Below are positions 18,751-28,200 of a stretch of DNA of 64,000 bases, piece after piece. The notes beneath the pieces are model-generated. The model was not told where the DNA came from. It searched no databases and saw nothing but the letters and a program-made list of their open reading frames with translations. Source of the stretch: Polyangiales bacterium (GTDB taxonomy: Bacteria > Myxococcota_A > Polyangia > Polyangiales > JADJQN01); contig CAXNJO010000003.1 in NCBI GenBank assembly GCA_964202905.1, positions 480,001-544,000 of the forward strand, read 5' to 3'. The translations under genes and the position numbers were made by a program. The first letter of the stretch is position 1. Every line of letters begins with the position of its first letter.

Positions 18751-20466
18751 ATGGCCCCCTCCGACGCGCCGCTCACGCTCGTCTCCGCGATGTCGAGGCT
18801 CCGCCGCGGGCCGGGTCGCGGCTTCCGCTTCGTCACGACGAAGGGCGAGGAGCGCTTCTACGCGTACGAGGCGCTCGAGGCCGAGGCGCACCGCCGCGCC
18901 GCGCACCTCGCGTCGCTCGGCCTCGCGAAGGGCGACCGACTCGCGATCGTCGTCGCCGAGGGCGACGAGTTCGTGCTCTCGTTCCTCGGCGCCTGCGTCG
19001 CGGGCGTCGTGCCCGTCCCCATCTATCCGCGCGCGACCTTCAAGGGCATCGAGGGCTACGCCGACACGGTCGCGCACATCGCGCGCGCCTCGGGCGCCCG
19101 CGTCCTGCTCACGATGGAGGCGACGCGGCCCTACGTGGAGCCGGCGCTCGCGAAGGACTGCGGGCTCGAGCGCGTCGTGCTCACCGAGCAGGTCTTCGCG
19201 GGTGAGGCGCCGGCCTTCACGCCGCCCGCGATCACACCGGAAGACCTCTGCTTCCTCCAGTTCACCTCGGGCTCGACCAGCCAGCCCAAGGGCGTGGTCG
19301 TCACGCACGCGAACCTCGTCGCGAACGCCACGGCCTTCCTCGGGCCCGCGGGACTCGACCGCAACGACGACGACCTCGGCGTCTCGTGGCTGCCGCTCTT
19401 CCACGACATGGGGCTCATCGGCTTCGTGCTCGGCACGCTCGTCTGCGACATCCCCGTCGTGTTGCTGCCGACCTCGACCTTCGCCCGCGGTCCGCGCATC
19501 TGGCTCGAGACCATCCACAAGCACCGCGGCACCATCACCTACGCCCCGAACTTCGCGTACGCGCTCGCGGTCAAGCGGCTCAAGGACCGCGACCTCAAGG
19601 ACCTCGACCTCTCGTGCCTGCGCATCGCGGGCTGCGGCGCCGAGCCGATCCACGCGCAGACCATGCGGGACTTCGCCGAGCGCCTCGCGCCCGCGGGCTT
19701 CGACGCGCGCGCCCTGCTGCCGAGCTACGGCATGGCCGAGGCGACGCTCGCGATCACCTTCCATCCGCGCGGCACGCCGCTCCTCACCGACACCGTCGAT
19801 CCCGAGGCGATGAAGCGCGGCGAGGCGCGCCCCGTCCCGCCCGGCACGCCCGGCGCGCTCGAGCTCGTCGCGTGCGGCGTGCCCTTCCCCGAGCACGGTC
19901 TGCGCATCGTCGACACCGAGACGGGCGAGCCCCTCGGCGAGCGCCGCGTGGGCCAGATCGTCAACATCGGACCGTCGGTCACGGGCGCCTATTTCCAGAA
20001 CCCCGAGGCCACCGCGCTCGGCTGGAAGGACGGCTGGCTCCAGACGGGCGACCTCGGCTACGTCGCCGACGGCGCGCTCTACATCTGCGGTCGCCTCAAG
20101 GACCTCATCATCATCCACGGCGCGAACTACTACCCACAGGACATCGAGTGGGCCGTGCAGGACATCGAGGGCGTGCGCCGCGGGAACGTCGTCGCCTTCA
20201 GCGTGCTGCGCGACGGCGTCGAGCAGCTCGTCGTCGCGGCGGAGGCCAACTCGGGCGACCTGGAGCGCCTGAAAAAAGCCATCCCCGAGCGCGTCTACGA
20301 AGCCGCCGGCCTCGCGACCTCGCACGTCGCGATCGTCGGTGTCGGTACGCTGCCGAAGACCTCGAGCGGCAAGGCGCAGCGCCTGAAGACGAAGCGCCTC
20401 TACGAGGACGGCCTGCTCGCCGAGCACGGCAGCGGGCGTGTGGCCGAGGGCGGCGAGGCCGACTGA
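18751..20466 (+). CDS. Fatty acyl-AMP ligase (FAAL)
   Basis: FLQFTSGSTSQPKG, SWLPLFHDMGLIG, PNFAY, SYGMAEATL followed by a FAAL-type insertion, GRLKDLII, LPKTSSGK. Confidence 0.92.
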   Translation: MAPSDAPLTLVSAMSRLRRGPGRGFRFVTTKGEERFYAYEALEAEAHRRAAHLASLGLAKGDRLAIVVAEGDEFVLSFLGACVAGVVPVPIYPRATFKGIEGYADTVAHIARASGARVLLTMEATRPYVEPALAKDCGLERVVLTEQVFAGEAPAFTPPAITPEDLCFLQFTSGSTSQPKGVVVTHANLVANATAFLGPAGLDRNDDDLGVSWLPLFHDMGLIGFVLGTLVCDIPVVLLPTSTFARGPRIWLETIHKHRGTITYAPNFAYALAVKRLKDRDLKDLDLSCLRIAGCGAEPIHAQTMRDFAERLAPAGFDARALLPSYGMAEATLAITFHPRGTPLLTDTVDPEAMKRGEARPVPPGTPGALELVACGVPFPEHGLRIVDTETGEPLGERRVGQIVNIGPSVTGAYFQNPEATALGWKDGWLQTGDLGYVADGALYICGRLKDLIIIHGANYYPQDIEWAVQDIEGVRRGNVVAFSVLRDGVEQLVVAAEANSGDLERLKKAIPERVYEAAGLATSHVAIVGVGTLPKTSSGKAQRLKTKRLYEDGLLAEHGSGRVAEGGEAD

Positions 20467-20586
20467 TCGGGCGGGCCGCGCGCCGCGGTCCGGGCGTGCT
20501 TTCAAGCGGCGGGCGGTTATGCTCGGCCGCGCTGCGCGACCACCCGGACGCGCGGAGATGTCCGCGAAAATCAGGGAGACGAGAAG

Positions 20587-20835
20587 ATGGACCGCCCCGA
20601 GCTACTCAAGACGTTCCAGCGCATGGCGACCGAGATCGCCGAGAAGGACTTCGGCCACGTCACCGAAGAGCACGTGATCGCGGACCTCGGCATCGACTCC
20701 CTCGGCATGCTCGAGCTCGTCGGCTCGATGGAGCGCGAGCTGAAGATCGCGGTCCCCGACGAGCAGCTCGTCGGCATCCAGACCGTCCGTCAGCTCCTCG
20801 ACCTCGTCGAGAAGCGCACGCGCGCATCGGCCTGA
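20587..20835 (+). CDS. Acyl carrier protein 1
   Basis: DLGIDSL phosphopantetheine site; 82 aa, acidic. Confidence 0.92.
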   Translation: MDRPELLKTFQRMATEIAEKDFGHVTEEHVIADLGIDSLGMLELVGSMERELKIAVPDEQLVGIQTVRQLLDLVEKRTRASA

Positions 20836-20856
20836 GCACTGCAGCGAGGGGGTCCC

Positions 20857-21675
20857 ATGGCGTCCGACCAGTTCCACGAGAAGCTCTACAAGAACTTCAC
20901 GACCTTCTTCGACAAGGCGGAGCAGGAGCGCCGCTGGAACCCGTACCGCGACGTCCCCTGGGATCGCATCAACCCCGAGACGCCCGCCTTCGTCGCCACC
21001 TGCGCGGAGACCTTCCTCGGCGTCGAGAGCTTCCTGCCCGACTACATCCGCAAGGGCCTCGAGGTCGTGCGGGCGTCGTCGTGGGCGCAGCGCTCGTTCG
21101 CGGCGAACTGGGGCTACGAGGAGCTCAAGCACTCGGTCGCGCTGATGGAGTACCTCCTCCGCTCGGGCAAGCGCACGCAAGAGCAGATGTTCGACTTCCA
21201 GGCGAAGCTGATGACCGAAGAGTGGCGCCGCCCCTTCGACACCGCGCGCCAGATGACCATCTACGGCAGCTTCCAGGAGATGGCGACCTTCGTCATCTAC
21301 CTGCGCCACGAGGCGCTCGCCAAGCAGTACAACGACGACGCGCTCGCGGCTGTGTACCGCTTCAACGCGCGTGACGAGATCGCCCACGCGCGCTTCTACG
21401 AGGACATCGTGAAGGTCTATCTCGAGGAGGACCGCGAGGGCACGCTCCGCGACATCGCGCACGTCGCGAAGAACTTCGAGATGCCCGGCATCGGCATCGT
21501 CCCGGACTACGACGCCCGCATCGAGCTGATGCGCGAGCACGGCCACGTCGACCGCGACATCTTCCTTCAAAAGGTCTATTTCCCCGTCCTCAAGTACCTC
21601 GGCGTGACCCGCCAGGAGCTCGTCGAGGTCGCGCGCCGCGAGCGCGACGAGCGCCGCGCGTCCGCCGCGCAGTGA
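20857..21675 (+). CDS. Soluble di-iron (ferritin-like) acyl-ACP desaturase
   Basis: Ligand pattern E (GVES), ExxH (YEELKH), E (FQE), ExxH (RDEIAH); FEMPG. Confidence 0.85.
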   Translation: MASDQFHEKLYKNFTTFFDKAEQERRWNPYRDVPWDRINPETPAFVATCAETFLGVESFLPDYIRKGLEVVRASSWAQRSFAANWGYEELKHSVALMEYLLRSGKRTQEQMFDFQAKLMTEEWRRPFDTARQMTIYGSFQEMATFVIYLRHEALAKQYNDDALAAVYRFNARDEIAHARFYEDIVKVYLEEDREGTLRDIAHVAKNFEMPGIGIVPDYDARIELMREHGHVDRDIFLQKVYFPVLKYLGVTRQELVEVARRERDERRASAAQ

Positions 21676-21697
21676 TCCCCCCGATCGGAGCACGAGC

Positions 21698-21940
21698 ATG
21701 AGCGCCGAATTGAAAGAGAGCCTCCGCCGCATCGTCGCCGACGTGAGCGAGGTCGACGAGATCCCCGACGACACCGACTTCCGCGAGCTCGGCATCGACT
21801 CGATGATGGGCATCGAGATCGTCGCGGAGATCGAGCGTACGTACAAGATCTCCGTCCCGGAGAGCGAGCTGAAGAACATGACCTCGCTCACCCGCGTGTA
21901 CGAGCTCGTGCAGACGCACCTCGCGGCCGCGGCGGGCTGA
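21698..21940 (+). CDS. Acyl carrier protein 2
   Basis: ELGIDSM phosphopantetheine site; 80 aa, acidic; GGAG RBS. Confidence 0.92.
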   Translation: MSAELKESLRRIVADVSEVDEIPDDTDFRELGIDSMMGIEIVAEIERTYKISVPESELKNMTSLTRVYELVQTHLAAAAG

Positions 21941-21947
21941 GCCCGCG

Positions 21948-22373
21948 GTGCTCGGCACGCGCGACGGTCGCCCGGCGTACACGCACGCGGTCCGCGTCGC
22001 CTACGTCGACACCGACGCCGCCGGCGTGGTGCACCACTCGCAGTACTTCCGCTATCTCGAGCAGGGCCGCGTCGAGCTGATGCGCGCGGTGGGCGTCGAT
22101 TACCTCACGTTCGAGCGCACGCGCGGCCTCGCGTTGCCCGTCGTCGAGGCCCGCCTCCGCTACCGCGCGCCCGCGCGCTTCGACGATCTGCTCGCGCTCG
22201 AGACCTGGCTCACCGAGGGCTCCCGCGCGAAGCTCGTGTTCGCGAGCGTGCTGCGCCGTGCAGCCGACGACGCCGTGCTCCACGAGGCGAGCGTCACCCT
22301 CGCGTGCGTGACGATGCCGGCCGGCACGATCTGCAGCGTGCCGACGGACCTGCGCGAGCGGCTCGGCGCCTGA
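21948..22373 (+). CDS. Hot-dog acyl-thioesterase (YbgC/FadM/4HBT family)
   Basis: VRVAYVDTDAAGVVHHSQY...EQGR, YRAPARFDD. Confidence 0.9.
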   Translation: MLGTRDGRPAYTHAVRVAYVDTDAAGVVHHSQYFRYLEQGRVELMRAVGVDYLTFERTRGLALPVVEARLRYRAPARFDDLLALETWLTEGSRAKLVFASVLRRAADDAVLHEASVTLACVTMPAGTICSVPTDLRERLGA

Positions 22374-22407
22374 ATCTCGCGCAGGCATTCGCGGTACGGT
22401 CGCGCGC

Positions 22408-22947
22408 ATGCATCCCCCCTCGACCCCCGACGCGCCGCAACCCGCGCCGACGCAGCAGCCCCCCACCCGGACGAACCGCAAGCTCTGGATCGTCGTCGGC
22501 GCCCTCGCGGTGTGTGGGATCCTGGTGATCCCGTGCCTTGGGATCACCGCGGCGGTCGCGATCCCGGCCTTCGTCGGGTACGGGCGGCGGAGCAAGACCG
22601 CCGAGGCCCACGCGAACCTCGCCGCGCTCGCGTCGGCCGAGCGCGCGTACTGCGAGGAGCACGGCGCCTACCTCGCCCCCGCCGGCCCCGTCCCGCCGAG
22701 CCCCGGCGCGCTCCGCGTTCTCGGTGACTTCGCCGGCGATCCGACCTTCGCCGAGCTCGGGTTCTCGCCGCCCGAGCCCGTCTACTTCCGCTACGCGATC
22801 GAGCGCGATGCGCGCGATCCGCAGGCGATCCGGCTGGTCGCGCAAGGCGACCTCGACGGTGACGGCAACCTCAGCACCTTCGCCCGGCGCTGCGGCCCCG
22901 CCTGCACATGCGCGGAAGCCGCCGAGGTCAGCGACGAAACCGAGTGA
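22408..22947 (+). CDS. Type IV pilin-like protein lacking the prepilin cleavage motif
   Basis: AAVAIPAF...RRSKTAEAHANL...AERAY pilin helix; AQGDLDGDG. Confidence 0.7.
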   Translation: MHPPSTPDAPQPAPTQQPPTRTNRKLWIVVGALAVCGILVIPCLGITAAVAIPAFVGYGRRSKTAEAHANLAALASAERAYCEEHGAYLAPAGPVPPSPGALRVLGDFAGDPTFAELGFSPPEPVYFRYAIERDARDPQAIRLVAQGDLDGDGNLSTFARRCGPACTCAEAAEVSDETE

Positions 22948-23002
22948 TCGCGCCGCGCGCGCCTGCGGCCGTGCCCGACGGCGCCCACGGCGACGCCACG
23001 GA

Positions 23003-23899
23003 TCAGAGGCAGTCGACGACGGTCGAGCTGATGTGGTCGGCGGCGATGCGCACGTCCGTCGTCTCCGCGGCGCTCCCCGCCCAGGCAAAACCGGTCGCCG
23101 CGCAGGTGAGCGTCGGGTGCGCGAAGCCCACGACGTAATCGCCGGGCGCGACGTTCGCGAACACCGCGGCCCCCGAGGTCGTCGTCGACGAGAGCCCCAT
23201 CGAGGGCACGCCCGTGGCGCTCGCGTAGAACGGCCCGGAGCCGCTCGTCGGCGTGAGCGTGACGACGACGCCCGCGGTCGCGCCCGTCTGCACGAAGATC
23301 TGGCCCTTCGTCGCGTCGATCGTCTGGCCGATCGCGAAGCCGAGCAGCGACACCGTGGAGCGCTTGGCGAGCAGGTAGTTGAACGAGACGTTCGTCGTGC
23401 CGCTCGTGACCGTCGCGAGCGCCGGCGTGTACATCGGGGCCGTGATCTCGACGAGCATGCGCGTGTTCTCCGGGATGCCCGTCGCGGTGAACGAGCCGTC
23501 CGCGGCGCTCGGGACGCATGGGCCGCCCGCGGGCTCGATCACGCAGATCGTCGCGCCCGCGACGAGCTCGCCCATGCCGCTCACCGGCTGCTCACGGAGG
23601 ACGCCGGTGATCGTGAGGCTGCCCGCCGGGAAGGCCGCATCGACCGCAGGCCCGGCGTCGGAGGCCGCGCCGAGATCCTCGGGCGCCGGGCCGAGATCGG
23701 CCTCGACGCCGCCGTCCGCATCGCCGCCGAGATCGGGCGCGCCGAGGTCCCCGCCGCCGAGATCCCCCGTCACGCCGAGATCGACCGCGGGCGCATCGTC
23801 GTCGTCGCCGCAGCCGACCAGCGCGAACGCGCCGGCGACGAGCAAAATCGGGAGGAGACGGGAGCGGGGCGTGGCGGGCGCGGAAACGAGAAGCGTCAT
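23003..23899 (-). CDS. Lipoprotein with carboxypeptidase-regulatory-like beta-sandwich domains
   Basis: Lipobox LVGC, DLG linker repeats, ADGSFT and FANVAPGDY motifs. Confidence 0.7.
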   Translation of the reverse strand: MTLLVSAPATPRSRLLPILLVAGAFALVGCGDDDDAPAVDLGVTGDLGGGDLGAPDLGGDADGGVEADLGPAPEDLGAASDAGPAVDAAFPAGSLTITGVLREQPVSGMGELVAGATICVIEPAGGPCVPSAADGSFTATGIPENTRMLVEITAPMYTPALATVTSGTTNVSFNYLLAKRSTVSLLGFAIGQTIDATKGQIFVQTGATAGVVVTLTPTSGSGPFYASATGVPSMGLSSTTTSGAAVFANVAPGDYVVGFAHPTLTCAATGFAWAGSAAETTDVRIAADHISSTVVDCL

Positions 23900-24007
23900 G
23901 GCGGTGATTTGCTCTTGAAAAAGAGGGCCGACGGTAGCGGCTCGGCGCGCGCGCGTCCACCGGGGGACGGCAGCGTGCGCCCCGTCGCGGAGACCGGACC
24001 GCGGCGA

Positions 24008-24460
24008 TCAGCGCGGCTCGACGTGGACCTCGGTCTTCACGCTCGACGCGATGAAGCAGCCGCGGTGCGCGGACTCGTGGAGCACCTGCGCCTCGGCGAC
24101 GTCGGGGCGACGGTCGCCCCCGAACGTCACGCGTGGCCGCAGCACAACGCGCGTGACGGCGTGGCGCCCGTCGCCTCCCTTCTCGAGATGGCCGATGGCC
24201 TCGTCGTCGTAGGCGTCGACGACGAAGCCCTTGCGGGCCGCGACCGCCAGGAAGGTGAGCATGTGGCAGCTCGCGAGGGCCGCGACGAGCAAGTCCTCGG
24301 GGTTGGGGAGCGCCGCGTCGCCGTGATACTGGGGTGCGGCCGAGGCCGCGAGCGGCGTGCGCGCCGGCCCGAGGGTGAGCGCGTGCGCGCGCACATACGT
24401 GGGGTAGGCGAAATCCGGCGTCGTTCGGGACCAGGAGACGCTGGCGGTGTGCTCGCTCAT
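24008..24460 (-). CDS. OsmC/Ohr family protein
   Basis: NPEDLLVAALASCHMLTFL and AHRGCFIASSV. Confidence 0.92.
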   Translation of the reverse strand: MSEHTASVSWSRTTPDFAYPTYVRAHALTLGPARTPLAASAAPQYHGDAALPNPEDLLVAALASCHMLTFLAVAARKGFVVDAYDDEAIGHLEKGGDGRHAVTRVVLRPRVTFGGDRRPDVAEAQVLHESAHRGCFIASSVKTEVHVEPR

Positions 24461-24684
24461 GTCGGGGGCTCCAGAGAATGAATGGCGGTTCAGTGGCCCT
24501 CCGCGCACGAGGCGTCAACCGGAACGCGCGCTCGTACGTCGGAGGCTCCACGCCCTCGCCCCTGCGCCGCTCCGCCGTGCGACGACGCCCCGCCACGTTC
24601 TCCGCGAGGCCGAGGCGCTCGCCCCGCTTTCCCTCGATTTTTCCGGTCACGAACCCGGCCGACCCGGCCACATGGGAGATGATG

Positions 24685-25257
24685 ATGGCCCTCGAAGCGA
24701 CCCCCACCCCCCTCGCGCCGCCCGACCCGATCGGTGCGCTCGTGCGCGCCGGCGCCTACCGCGAGGCCGTCTCGCTCTGCGCGCGCGAGCACGGCCCCGC
24801 GCTCGGCCGCCTCTGCCTCGCGATGCTCGGCTCGCAGGCCGAGGCCGACGAGACCGTGCAGGAGTCGCTCATCGCCGCGCACGACGCGATGGCCGGGTGG
24901 CGCGGCGAGGCGAGCGTGCGCGCTTGGCTCTTCGGCATCGCGCGGCGGATGTGCGCGCGGCGCCTCGAGCTGCGCGGCCGGCAGGAGCGGCGGCTGCGGC
25001 TCGTCCACGACGCGGGCGCCGAGACGCACCTGCCCGACGAGCTCGTCGCGACGCGGCGGCGCGCTGCGCGGGTGCGTGAGGCGCTCGAGGCGCTCCGGCC
25101 GACGGAGCGCGACGCGGTGCTGCTCCGCTACGAAGCGGGGCTGAGTTTCCGGGAGATCGCCGCGGTGTGCGGCATCGACGAGGCCGCGGCGCGCAAGCGC
25201 GCGAGCCGGGCGCTCGAGAGTCTGCGGTCGCTCCTTGCCGACGAGGGATCACGATGA
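24685..25257 (+). CDS. ECF RNA polymerase sigma factor
   Basis: Region 2 (EADETVQE, WLFGIARR) and region 4 (LRYEAGLSFREIA...ARKRASRA); GGGAG RBS. Confidence 0.9.
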   Translation: MALEATPTPLAPPDPIGALVRAGAYREAVSLCAREHGPALGRLCLAMLGSQAEADETVQESLIAAHDAMAGWRGEASVRAWLFGIARRMCARRLELRGRQERRLRLVHDAGAETHLPDELVATRRRAARVREALEALRPTERDAVLLRYEAGLSFREIAAVCGIDEAAARKRASRALESLRSLLADEGSR

Positions 25258-28200
25258 CGACGAACCCGCAATGTGAAGCCGTCCGCGACGACCTCGCGGC
25301 CCTCGTCGATGGAGACGCGGACGCCCTGCGCCGACACGCCGAGCACCTCGCCGACTGCGACGCGTGCCGCGACGCGCGGCACGAGGCCAGGCGCCTCGCG
25401 GAGCACGTCGCCGACGCGGGGCACGACTACGCGCCGCCCGCGGATCTGGAGGCGCGCGTGCTCACCGCGCTCGCCGCGCGCGGGCCCGGCGTCGGCGCGC
25501 CCGCACCGCAGGCGGCGTTCACGCCGCCTCCCGCAGCCACGCCCGCCACGCCCCCTGCCACAGCCACGCCCGACGCCACGCGCGAGGCCGAGGACGGCGC
25601 GTCGTCCCCTGCGAAGACGGCGGGCGCTGGCCCGACCCGCACCGCGTCGCGCGGCCCGCTCGTGTGGCTCGTCGGGCTCGCGGCCGCGGCAGCGCTCGTG
25701 CTCGCCGTCGTCGCGCGGCGCGATGTCCCGAGGCCCCCGAGCGCAGGCGGCAGCGCCGGCGGTACGGGCGTCGCCGCCACGGGCGGTGGCCGCCTCGCCC
25801 GCATCGCGCGCGCCGCGAGTGACCGCGCGACGGGCGTCTCGCTGCGCGCCCCCGGCGCGACCGGGTTCGTGGAAGTCGGCCCCGGCGCCGCCCTCGTGCC
25901 CGGTGCGACGCTGCGCACCGACGCGAGCACGCGCGCGCGCCTCGAGCTGGTCGACGGCACGATCCTCGTCCTCAACCACCGTTCGGAGCTGACGCTCGAC
26001 GCGACGGCCCCGCGCACCTTCACGCTGCCGCGCGGCGAGCTGCTCGCGGACGTCGCGCACCTCGGCGACGCCGCGCCGCACGCGCTCTTCCGCACACAGA
26101 CGGGCGAGGTGGAAGTGCTCGGCACGAAGTTCCTCCTCGCGTCGGACGACACGACCTCGAGCGTCCGCGTGACGCGCGGCGCGGTGCGCGTCCGCAGCGC
26201 GGGCGGGCAGGCGGCCGACGTGAAGGCCGGCCAGGAGGGCCTCTTCACGAAGTCCGGCGCACCGAGCGTCGCATCCACGCTCGACCTCGCGGGCGCGATC
26301 AGCTGGTCCGAGCTCGAGCCGCCGCAGCTCGGCGGCGCGACGGGCGACGCGCCCATCGCCGGCCTCGGCGAGCTCCGCGCGAAGCGTCCCGGCGATCGCG
26401 GTGAGGATCGCCCGCTCGCGCTCGCGAGCCACAAGGTCACGGTGCGGATCGTCGGGAACGTCGCGCGGACCGAGATCGAAGAGGTCTTCCGCAACGACGG
26501 GGGCGACGAGCTCGAGGGCATCTACCGCTTCCCGCTCCCGCCGGACGCGCACATCTCGCGTCTCGCGCTCGACGTCGACGGACGCCTCGAGGAGGGCGCG
26601 TTCGTCGAGAAGGACCGCGCCTCGAAGATCTGGCGCGGCGTCATCCGCAACGCGACGCGGCCCACGCAGCGACTCGCGCAGGAGGAGTACATCTGGGTCC
26701 CCGGCCCGTGGCGCGATCCCGCGCTGCTCGAGTGGCAGCAGGGCGGCCGCTTCGAGCTGCGCATCTTTCCGATCCCCGCGCGCGGCGAGCGCCGCATCGT
26801 GATCGGCTACACGCAGACGATCGCGCCGCACGGCGAGGGTCGTCGCTACGTCTATCCGCTCCCCTTCGGCAGCGACCCCTCGCTGCGCGTCGGGCGCTTC
26901 GAGGTCGACGCGCGCATCACCGGCGCCTCGCGCGTCGTGCCCCGCGGCTACGAAACACAAACCATCACGGAAGATGGTGCCATTCGCGTCACCTACGGCG
27001 CGCAAGGCTTTCTCCCGACAGGCGATCTCGTGCTCGACTACGCGACACCGGAGGGCGCCGCGGAGCTCCGCGCCTTCACGTACGAAGGGAGCGTCGCGGT
27101 GCCCTCGGGCGACACCGACGCGTGCACCGGCGCGATGCGCTCCGACGCACAGCGCGCGGCGTGCACCCGCGCGACGGCGCAGAACGCGCTCGCGGCGGAC
27201 ACCCGCCCCTACGTCGCCTTCACGCTGCGCCCCGAGCTGCCCGCCTTCGCGGCGAGCACGGCGAGCGACTTCGTCGTCGTCGTCGACGCCTCGCAGTCGA
27301 TGGTGGGTGAGCGCTTCACGCGCGCGCAGCGGCTCGTCACGGCGATGGTCTCGGAGATGGACCGCCGCGACCGCTTCGTCGTCCTCGCGTGCGATTCGAC
27401 GTGCCGCGCCGAGAGCGCGGAGCCGCGCGTGCCCTCCGCGCAGAGCGCGACCGCGCTCAGCGCCTGGCTCGCCGCGATCCGCCCCGCGGGTGCGTCCGAC
27501 GTCGTCGGCGGGCTGCGCGCCGGTGCGCACGCGCTCGACGGCCACCGCGTCGCCGACCGCACGCTGCGCGTCCTCTACGTCGGCGACGGGCTCGCGTCGG
27601 TGGGCACGCGCCGCGTCGCGTCCATCGCCGCCGAGGCCGCTGCGCTCGCGCGGGATCCCGCAGTGCGGATCGGCACCGTGGGGATCGGCGGCGACGCGGA
27701 CACGCAGATCCTCGCGGCGATCGCGCGCGCGGGCGGCGGACACTACGTGCCGTACGTGCCCGGCGAGCGCGCTACGGCGGCCGCCCTCTCGGTGCTCGAG
27801 ACGACGTACGGCGCCTCGCTCGAGGACGCGGTGATCGAGCTGCCCGAGGGCGTCGTCGACGTCGCGCCGGCACGCCTGCCGACGATCCGCGCCGGGCAGG
27901 AGATCGTCGTAACCGCGCGACTGACGCGCCCGGAGGTGACGGGCGAGGTCGTGCTGCGCGGGAAGGTCGGCGGCGAGGCCTACCTCGATCGCTATCCGGT
28001 CACGCTCCGCGCCTCGACCGCGGCCGGCAACCTCTTCGTCCCGCGCCTCTGGGCCACGGGCGAGATCGAGAAGCTCGAACTCTCGGGCGTCGCGGGCGAC
28101 CGCGATCGCATCATCGCGCTCTCGAAGGGCTTCGGCGTGATGTCGCGCGAGACCTCGCTGCTCGTGCTCGAGAGCGACGCGATGCTGCGCGCCTTCGGTG

